In this document: positions 57,461 to 64,000 of the stretch, piece by piece
Layout: each line of letters opens with the position of its first letter
Numbering within the stretch: position 1 is the stretch's first letter
NCBI GenBank assembly: GCA_963803705.1
Contig: CAWDNU010000001.1
Location: forward strand, 429,836 to 493,835
DNA length: 64,000 bases
Reading direction: 5' to 3'
From: an uncultured Pseudobdellovibrionaceae bacterium
GTDB lineage: Bacteria > Bdellovibrionota > Bdellovibrionia > Bdellovibrionales > UBA1609
The notes under the pieces: model-generated
Told to the model about the DNA's origin: nothing
Databases searched by the model: none
What the model saw: only the letters and a program-made list of their open reading frames with translations
Position numbers and translations under genes: made by a program

Positions 57461-58466
57461 AAATACATTTGGTGCACTTTTCAGGGTGCATAGTTTTGGT
57501 GAAAGCCACGGTCCATCAATAGGAGTTGTGATAGACGGCTGTCCAGCAGGGCTTGTCTTAGATGAAAAAAAAATCAACAAATTTCTTGAACGTCGTCGTC
57601 CTGGTCAAAATGAATTTGTGACTTCAAGAAATGAGCCTGATCAATTTAAGATCTTAAGCGGACTGTTCGAAAATACAACTTTAGGAACACCGCTGGCGTT
57701 TGAAGTTTTAAACTTAGATAAGCAATCTAAAGATTACGATAATTCAAAACCTAGAAAAGGGCATGCAGACTCTGTATGGAAGCTTAAATTTGGACTGGCT
57801 GATCATAGGGGCGGCGGAAGGTCTTCTGGCAGAGAAACCCTAAGCCGTGTTTTAGCTGGTGCAGTTGCACGCATGCTTCTTGAAAAACTTTGTCCAAAGC
57901 TGTCAGTGATGGTTTGGATTGACAGTGTGGGTCCAATAAAAAACAGCTTAGAGTTTTCTGATTTCAGATCCACTTTTAAGATTTATGAAGGGTTAGCTGC
58001 GGATTTGGGATTTCCAGATTGTTTAAGAACTAATGATCTAAAAGCTTTATTAAAAGATGCCAAAGAAAATGGTGAAAGCTACGGTGGGGTAATCAAGGTA
58101 AAAGTTCAAAACTTATTGCCTGGTTTAGGTCAGCCTGTTTTTTCTAAGCTAAAATCCGATCTTGCGTCAGCTATTTTTTCAATCGGAGCTGTGCAGGGAA
58201 TGAGCTTAGGTGAAAAAAATGTCAATTTGAAAGGCACAGAATTTCACAGCCTTGATGCTCCATATGGAGGTATTCAGGGTGGCATATCAACAGGTGCAGA
58301 TATTGATCTTGAAATATTGTTGAAACCAACATCTAGTATACTGGACACTGCTAAACTCGGCCGACATGACCCTTGTATTCTACCGCGCGCGCTAGTGGTG
58401 ATAGAATCCATGATTTGCCTTGTTTTAGCTGACCATTTGCTTTTGTCCCGCGTTGATCGCATTTGA
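57450..58466 (+). CDS. aroC: chorismate synthase
   Basis: [50 protein letters not shown] blocks. Start moved to ATG 57450. Confidence 0.93.
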   Translation: [338 protein letters not shown]

Positions 58467-58473
58467 GGGTTTA

Positions 58474-59850
58474 ATGAAATGCTTCTTAGTCTTATGTTGC
58501 TTTAGTCTATCCAGCTGCGCTTTCTTTTCTTCTGATTTAAATAAAATTAAAAATGACCATAAGGTCGAGTTGCTTCGGCATCAAGAAAAAGATCTTCATC
58601 CATTTGCTATAATTCAGGGGCTAACAACTGAGTCATCAACAGAAATCAAGGTTATTGCTAAAACAGTAAAAGAAATAAGTTTTAAGCTTTTTTACAACGA
58701 AAAAGAAATTAAAACGATAAAAGTGGTAGATACCGAAGCCGGCAAAACTGGATATACAATCTACAACTTAATTATTTCAAGCTTAAAAATCGACACCAAC
58801 TACACATTGCAGGTTATAGAAAAAAATATGATTGCAGATCAGCGTAATTTTCAAACTGTAAATTTGGAAATGGTGCATCCTAACATTGGTGTTGTGTCTT
58901 GCATGCATGACAAATATAAAACGACCCAGTTTAAAATGTGGAATGATTATCTAAAACAAAATCCAACTTATACCTTTATGATTGGTGATAACGTTTATGC
59001 GGACACACTTATTCGGTCGGGCCAAAAAAAGTTTATTTTTAAATATGCAACGGAAGCAAATTTGTGGAAAAGATATATTCAGACCTTTAAAACATTGTCT
59101 TACTACCGTGCATCCAGATTAGTGCCAACTTTAGGCATTTGGGACGATCATGATTACGGGTACAATAATGGAGACGAGTCTTATCCATACAAAGCAGAAT
59201 CTTTAAAAGTCTTTCAAGCTTTCTATGGCTTCAGCTCAGAGGCCTTAAAGTCTAAAAAACCCGTGGTGAGTCCACTTGAAGGTGCTGGATACGTTTTTAA
59301 AGCTTTCGGTCAAAATTTTGTTTTTATAGACAATAGAACATTTAGATCCAAGTCTTTAAAAACTGAAAAAAAGAATGAGACTCATCTTGGCCCAAAACAA
59401 ACTGCAGAAATAATAAATATTTTGAAATCAAAGATACCTACCTGGCTTATTAAGGGTGATCAGTTTTTCGGAGCTTATCATAGATTTGAATCATTTGAAG
59501 GCGATCATCCTAATGACTTTTCAAATTTCTTGAGCGCGATCAAAAAAAGCTCTTCCAGGGTGCTATTTGTAAGTGGAGATCGCCACTTAAACGAGTTGAT
59601 GAAAATTGAAGAAGAGCTTTTGGGATACGAGACCTTCGAACTTACTTCAAGCGCCATACACGCGGCTATTTTTCCAAACGCTTGGAAAAAAAACCCAAAC
59701 AGCAGGCAAGTTCAGGGTTTTTCTGGAATTCACAATTACTCTGTTGTCAAAATACAAAGTGTTTCCCCCTGGGCGCTTACTGTGACTTCATATGGTCCTG
59801 ATCTAAAAGTATTATTTCAAGAAAATTTAGAAATAGGACAAAAAAAATAG
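58474..59850 (+). CDS. PhoD-like phosphatase/metallophosphoesterase lipoprotein
   Basis: Lipobox LSSC; GDNVYAD, WDDHDYGYNNGD and SGDRHLNE metallophosphatase blocks. Confidence 0.8.
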   Translation: MKCFLVLCCFSLSSCAFFSSDLNKIKNDHKVELLRHQEKDLHPFAIIQGLTTESSTEIKVIAKTVKEISFKLFYNEKEIKTIKVVDTEAGKTGYTIYNLIISSLKIDTNYTLQVIEKNMIADQRNFQTVNLEMVHPNIGVVSCMHDKYKTTQFKMWNDYLKQNPTYTFMIGDNVYADTLIRSGQKKFIFKYATEANLWKRYIQTFKTLSYYRASRLVPTLGIWDDHDYGYNNGDESYPYKAESLKVFQAFYGFSSEALKSKKPVVSPLEGAGYVFKAFGQNFVFIDNRTFRSKSLKTEKKNETHLGPKQTAEIINILKSKIPTWLIKGDQFFGAYHRFESFEGDHPNDFSNFLSAIKKSSSRVLFVSGDRHLNELMKIEEELLGYETFELTSSAIHAAIFPNAWKKNPNSRQVQGFSGIHNYSVVKIQSVSPWALTVTSYGPDLKVLFQENLEIGQKK

Positions 59851-59873
59851 TTTTATTTTTTCTGCCCTATTTC
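59830..59873 (+). terminator. AT-rich hairpin terminator candidate overlapping the PhoD-like stop codon
   Basis: gaaataggacaaaaaaaa at 59830-59847 pairs 16/18 with ttttttctgccctatttc at 59856-59873. The loop tagtttta contains the TAG stop. Confidence 0.45.
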
Positions 59874-59936
59874 GTTGTTGGAAATGAAATTTTATTCTAA
59901 CATTAAAATTTGCTCACTTAAAGGCAGGTTATTTCT

Positions 59937-60332
59937 ATGGAAAGTGTGTTTACTAAAATTTTAAACAATGAGCTTCCATCTTTTAAAGTCTTCGAAGATG
60001 AACATACATTTGCGATCCTGGCTTTAAACCAAATCCAGCTTGGGCACACTCTGGTGATATCTAAGCGGCAAGAAGACCATTTTTTTGAACTAAACGATGA
60101 AGAGTACATTGCCTTAATGAGAACTACAAAAAAGTTAGCTATTGCCATAAAGAAGGCAACAGGTTGTCATCGTGTCTGCACTTTTTTTCAAGGTTTTGAA
60201 GTTCAACATGCTCATCACCATCTAGTTCCAACTCAATCGGCAAAGGATTTTAATTTGTCGATGCAGACTCAAAGGTCGACTGAGGATATGAAATTTATTC
60301 AAGCTAAAATTATCTCGGCTCTGGAAAATTGA
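59937..60332 (+). CDS. HIT-family nucleotide hydrolase
   Basis: Histidine triad HAHHHLVP; GHTLVISKR block. Confidence 0.85.
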   Translation: MESVFTKILNNELPSFKVFEDEHTFAILALNQIQLGHTLVISKRQEDHFFELNDEEYIALMRTTKKLAIAIKKATGCHRVCTFFQGFEVQHAHHHLVPTQSAKDFNLSMQTQRSTEDMKFIQAKIISALEN

Positions 60333-60336
60333 TCTG

Positions 60337-60801
60337 ATGAGGTCAGCTGTAATCCTTAGTTTTTTGGTAATCTGTTCTACATCGCTTGCAGGAATCGTAG
60401 TCAGACCATCTTTTGGAATAAGCGCTGGGGAATATCAAGAACAAACTTTTAGTGAGATTAAAATTGGTGGTGCGATTCATTTTATTCAAGCGCCTTTTGC
60501 AATTCAACTTCACGGCTTTAGAAGATTTGCCAGGCAAGCTGATGATTTTTACGGTTTAGAATTAGACTTGAAAATTAAAAGGCAGTTTAAGGTTTCGAAC
60601 GATTATTTATTTGGAACTTATTTTGGTCCCGGATATAGGTACGTTAGCCGAGATCTTGATGCCCCAACTTTGGATTTCTCCTTTGTATTATCTAAAGCTA
60701 AAATATATAGTATATTCTTGGGCTACAAAGTGATTATGTTAGACTGGATGAGCAATGATTTCCAAAATGACAGTCTAGTATATTTGGGCGTCCAGCTTTA
60801 A
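60337..60801 (+). CDS. hypothetical secreted protein
   Basis: Signal peptide-like MRSAVILSFLVICSTSLAG; no family recognised. Confidence 0.45.
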   Translation: MRSAVILSFLVICSTSLAGIVVRPSFGISAGEYQEQTFSEIKIGGAIHFIQAPFAIQLHGFRRFARQADDFYGLELDLKIKRQFKVSNDYLFGTYFGPGYRYVSRDLDAPTLDFSFVLSKAKIYSIFLGYKVIMLDWMSNDFQNDSLVYLGVQL

Positions 60802-60814
60802 GCAGGAGAATTAA

Positions 60815-61366
60815 ATGATCCATATTATAGTAGGCACTGATAGACCTGGTTCAAACTCTTTAAAGGTGGCCCAGATAGCTAAGAAAAGATTTTCAGATTT
60901 GAATATCAAAACTGATATTGTTGAGTTAGAAAAACTACCCTTGAATGAGCTATCTGGTTCAATGTATGGCTCTAAAGACAAATACCCGAAGGCTGTTGCC
61001 AATGTAATCGATTCTTTAAACGAGAGCGACGGTTTTTACATCATTTGTCCCGAATATAATGGGTCGATGCCTGGCGTTCTAAAGCATTTCATTGATTTTT
61101 GGGAGTATCCAAAAACATTCGAGAATAGACCAGTTGCTTTTGTAGGCTTAGGTGGCCGTTTTGGCGGACTAAGGCCTGTGGAACATTTACAGCAAGTATT
61201 TGGTTACAGAAATGCTTATATTTTTCCCGAAAGAATTTTTATTAGCAATGTTTGGGAAGGTCTAAATCCTGAGGGTTTGTTAGATGAAGTGGTAGACAAA
61301 TTGTGGCTTACACAGATCAAAAGATTTTCTAAATTTGTCGGTGTGGGCAAACTGGTTGATTTTTAA
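60815..61366 (+). CDS. NAD(P)H-dependent FMN reductase-like flavoprotein
   Basis: IVGTDRPGSNS and PEYNGSMPGVLKHFID blocks of the flavodoxin-like FMN_red family. Confidence 0.75.
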   Translation: MIHIIVGTDRPGSNSLKVAQIAKKRFSDLNIKTDIVELEKLPLNELSGSMYGSKDKYPKAVANVIDSLNESDGFYIICPEYNGSMPGVLKHFIDFWEYPKTFENRPVAFVGLGGRFGGLRPVEHLQQVFGYRNAYIFPERIFISNVWEGLNPEGLLDEVVDKLWLTQIKRFSKFVGVGKLVDF

Positions 61367-61383
61367 TTAGTAGGAGAAAAAAA

Positions 61384-62184
61384 ATGGATACTAAAAATTT
61401 TTTTGATCAAATCTGGAAACAGTATATCAGTTTAAACCCTGACGCTTTAAAAATTCATCAATTGTTAGAGGCTAAGGGTGAAGATGTCATAAACGATCAT
61501 GTTGCTTACAGAACTTTAAAACATGACAAACTAGGTATTGGGTCCTTGTCAAAATTTTTTGAAGACCGCGGCTACGAACAGAAATCAGACTATCATTTTG
61601 AATTAAAGAAACTTTACGCCATCCACATGGAGCACAAAACAGACCCCACCTTACCTAAAGTTTTTATTAGTGAACTGTTGTTGGAAAAATTTTCAGATGA
61701 ATTGCAAGCTATCCTCACAAACGCGGTAGATCAAATACCATCCAATCTTATTCAAAATGAGTCTTTGTGCATAGCAGGGCGTCCTTGGACCGCTAATTTT
61801 AAGACTTACGAGAAGCTTTACGACGAAAGTGAATATGCTGCTTGGTTTTACGCTTATGGGTTCTGTGCTAATCATTTTACTGTAAATGTTAATAGTTTAA
61901 AATCCTTTCAGAACATCAATCAGCTTAACGAGTTTCTGATAAAAAGTGGATTTTCTATGAACAGCAGCGGAGGGCTTATTAAGGGTTCTCAACAGGATTA
62001 CCTGGAGCAAAGTTCAACAATGGCATTTGAAAAAGAAGTCTTATTTTCGGATGGGGCACACACAGTGCCATCATGCTATTACGAATTTGCCAAAAGATAT
62101 AAGATGGATAATGGTCAGATTTATCAAGGTTTTGTGGCTAAATCTGCCGATAAGATTTTTGAGAGTACTAACAAGAGAAACTAA
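61384..62184 (+). CDS. DUF1338 (HglS-like 2-oxoadipate dioxygenase/decarboxylase family) protein
   Basis: NDHVAYRTL metal-binding block and overall length typical of DUF1338. Confidence 0.65.
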   Translation: MDTKNFFDQIWKQYISLNPDALKIHQLLEAKGEDVINDHVAYRTLKHDKLGIGSLSKFFEDRGYEQKSDYHFELKKLYAIHMEHKTDPTLPKVFISELLLEKFSDELQAILTNAVDQIPSNLIQNESLCIAGRPWTANFKTYEKLYDESEYAAWFYAYGFCANHFTVNVNSLKSFQNINQLNEFLIKSGFSMNSSGGLIKGSQQDYLEQSSTMAFEKEVLFSDGAHTVPSCYYEFAKRYKMDNGQIYQGFVAKSADKIFESTNKRN

Positions 62185-62271
62185 ACCTGTTGTGCGATTA
62201 AATTTTAATTTCACGAAGACCGAATATAACAAAATTAGATTAAAAAAATAGATAGAAAAAGGAATCTTTTA

Positions 62272-62967
62272 ATGAAAAAAATTGCTGTTATTATCACCTT
62301 AATAAATCTAATGTTATTTTCTCAAAAGGCTATGGCCCTTGCAGAATTTGGCACCCTTCATTCTTCTGATCCTGGAACTGTTGTAATCACTGTGGATGAC
62401 GGTAACCCGATAAAACGTTACTGCATCATAGAATTAACTGTAAATGACAAAAAGATAAAGTGGATAAGTCATCCCCTAAGTGAAGCCTTCGTAAAGCGAA
62501 CTCCTAAATTTATATATAACTTCAATGATAAAAAACTGTTAATCGGATCTACTGGTAAAGATAAAAAAGACAACACCAATGCTCAGTTGCATATTTACAC
62601 AAAAGAAGAACAAACCTTAGATATGATAGCCGGTACACCGTGTACGGATAGAGCTGAAATTACTGTTGAAAACAAATTTGCTAAGTTTTCCTGTGCGGAT
62701 AAATTAAAAACAGTTAAATTTAAAACTTCAATTAGCGACAAAGTAGGAGTGCCATTTCCACCTGAGGCTATAAAGTTTGTTGATCGGGTTTTTGAGTCAA
62801 AAAATGATGATTGGCGTTTTGAAATAGCTGAAACAGATGATTACTTTAAAGATCGATTGCTTATAGTAGAAAAAAATCAAGTTTTAAAAGAGTACAAAGC
62901 AAAGGATTTTATGCGCTGTTTTGAGTATGAAACTTTAAAAGGGTCTCAAAATAAGTTTTCAGAATAA
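62272..62967 (+). CDS. hypothetical secreted protein
   Basis: Signal peptide MKKIAVIITLINLMLFSQKAMA; RBS AAAGGAA; no family recognised. Confidence 0.5.
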   Translation: MKKIAVIITLINLMLFSQKAMALAEFGTLHSSDPGTVVITVDDGNPIKRYCIIELTVNDKKIKWISHPLSEAFVKRTPKFIYNFNDKKLLIGSTGKDKKDNTNAQLHIYTKEEQTLDMIAGTPCTDRAEITVENKFAKFSCADKLKTVKFKTSISDKVGVPFPPEAIKFVDRVFESKNDDWRFEIAETDDYFKDRLLIVEKNQVLKEYKAKDFMRCFEYETLKGSQNKFSE

Positions 62968-62970
62968 CTA

Positions 62971-63005
62971 GTTTTGACAGTATCAAAACAGGTCCGAAAA
63001 TCGGA
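62971..63005. terminator. two small hairpins between convergent genes (terminator candidates)
   Basis: gttttga-cagta-tcaaaac at 62971-62989 and tccga-aaa-tcgga at 62993-63005. Confidence 0.4.
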
Positions 63006-63039
63006 TTTGAGATTTAAATTTTTAGGCGAAATTAGAAAC

Positions 63040-63531
63040 TTACTTCCAAATAGAAAGCTTGTGCGGCCACAGTCTTGGGACTGTGCTCATATATTCTATA
63101 TACTTTTGACCGAACTGTTTTTTTAAAAAGTGTTCTTCAAATTTAATTTTTACTATAAGAATCATAAGCAATGTTAGGCCTAATGAAAAAGCTAAAATTG
63201 AATCGAAAAATAATGCCCAGCCCGAGGTTAGAACAAACCCAGACAAATACATTGGATTTCTGACCATTGAAAAAGGCCAGTTGGTTACTAATCTTGAAGA
63301 TTTCCGTTGTTCAGCCCTAATTTCAAAATTTGATTTCATAGTAAAAATCGATGATAAAAATAAATGCGCGCCAAAACCACAGATAGCGGCACCTAAAAGC
63401 TGAGAATAAGTCAAAGACCAAAAATTAATTTTTAAATATGATCCGTTATATATTGGAAGATAAAAGATAAGTCCAATTAGAAGCAACTGAACACATAAAA
63501 TTGTATGAGCTAATGTTCTTTTAATCTTCAA
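63040..63531 (-). CDS. isoprenylcysteine carboxyl methyltransferase (ICMT)/phospholipid methyltransferase-family membrane protein
   Basis: 163 aa, 4-5 TM segments, LVTNWPFSMVRNPMYL block typical of the family. Confidence 0.7.
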   Translation of the reverse strand: MKIKRTLAHTILCVQLLLIGLIFYLPIYNGSYLKINFWSLTYSQLLGAAICGFGAHLFLSSIFTMKSNFEIRAEQRKSSRLVTNWPFSMVRNPMYLSGFVLTSGWALFFDSILAFSLGLTLLMILIVKIKFEEHFLKKQFGQKYIEYMSTVPRLWPHKLSIWK

Positions 63532-64000
63532 TAGAATACTCGAACGGGTAATCCATTCTTGGAATCATTGCCTGTTTAACTTCCGAAAACCATTGCTTTT
63601 TCTGAGGATCCCAGCGGAAACCAATTCTGCGGGCTTTGTCTCTGTCATCATAGCCTACATGAGCAAGAACTCTTACCAAGGGTGATTTTTGTAAAGAGAC
63701 TATTTCATCTATATCGTAGCTTGCCAGCAGCTTTAATGTCGTTAAAACATCAAAAAGTGCTCTGTGTGAAAAGGGATTAATAAATCCGTGTTCAGCAGCT
63801 AGGTAAGATAGCTTTCTTGTTTTAATATCCTGAGCATATGGAACATCTGTCATAGTATCAATCCATGGTTTTTTAATTTTAGACATTTGATAACTTGCGT
63901 AGGCTTGGCTTAAAAACTCAGAGTCAAAATTAACAGCATTGTGTCCAACTAAATATTCGGCTTGCACTACAAGCTCGTTTAAAATTTTAAGAGCGTCACT
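63521..64000 (-). CDS. DEDDh 3'-5' exonuclease (DnaQ-like), 5' end beyond the window
   Basis: LVGHNAVNFDSEFL (Exo II) and SHRALFDV (Exo III with His). The reading frame stays open to position 64000. Confidence 0.7.
   Translation of the reverse strand, partial: SDALKILNELVVQAEYLVGHNAVNFDSEFLSQAYASYQMSKIKKPWIDTMTDVPYAQDIKTRKLSYLAAEHGFINPFSHRALFDVLTTLKLLASYDIDEIVSLQKSPLVRVLAHVGYDDRDKARRIGFRWDPQKKQWFSEVKQAMIPRMDYPFEYSIED

Noticed and set aside
1-64000. Search by eye for tRNA (GTTCGAATC-type T-loops), rRNA, tmRNA, RNase P (GAGGAAAGTCC), CRISPR repeats, IS transposases, integrases, phage or toxin-antitoxin genes
   Set aside because: None found. The only GGTTCGAAT string (about 42350) has no acceptor or anticodon stems around it.

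Overview
AT-rich, densely packed bacterial chromosomal window with about 60 protein-coding genes. I recognised no rRNA, tRNA, CRISPR array, transposase or integrase. The content is mainly housekeeping. It includes lipA, a frameshifted 2-oxoacid dehydrogenase E2, lpdA, lipB, rnhA, an ExbB/ExbD-like pair, and a six-gene minus-strand operon (TadC-like, DUF192, three FHA membrane proteins, one unknown). It also includes maf-yggS-proC-divIVA, valS, rnr, an HD phosphohydrolase, thyA-folA, purD, a sigma-54 response regulator with a truncated sensor, glmU-glmS, trmFO, and an mlaFED-like operon with mlaE apparently frameshifted. Further genes are HU, dapF, tsaC/sua5, two tyrosine phosphatases, mutM, lexA, ung, a collinear shikimate block (aroB, aroA, aroK-aroD-aroE fusion, aroC), a PhoD-like phosphatase, HIT and others. 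DivIVA and TrmFO alongside diderm functions (ExbBD, Mla) and many FHA proteins suggest a Bdellovibrio-like or deltaproteobacterial-type predator lineage; this is inference only. The most unusual signals are as follows. (1) A family of very long, near-perfect hairpin elements at 37301-37494 and 49587-49760, with a related architecture at 28224-28362. Their locus-specific arms are inverted duplicates of the local flank, including the stop-codon region of glmS and of the LMW-PTP gene, and they surround a conserved ~60-nt core. (2) The shikimate genes and domains lie in the same B-A-K-D-E order as the eukaryotic AROM polypeptide. (3) An orphan TadC/DUF192/FHA operon. (4) Three apparent frameshifts, two in E2 and one in mlaE at a homopolymer, which may be assembly errors or real decay. 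Coordinates of non-ORF features were counted by hand and could be off by 1-2 nt.
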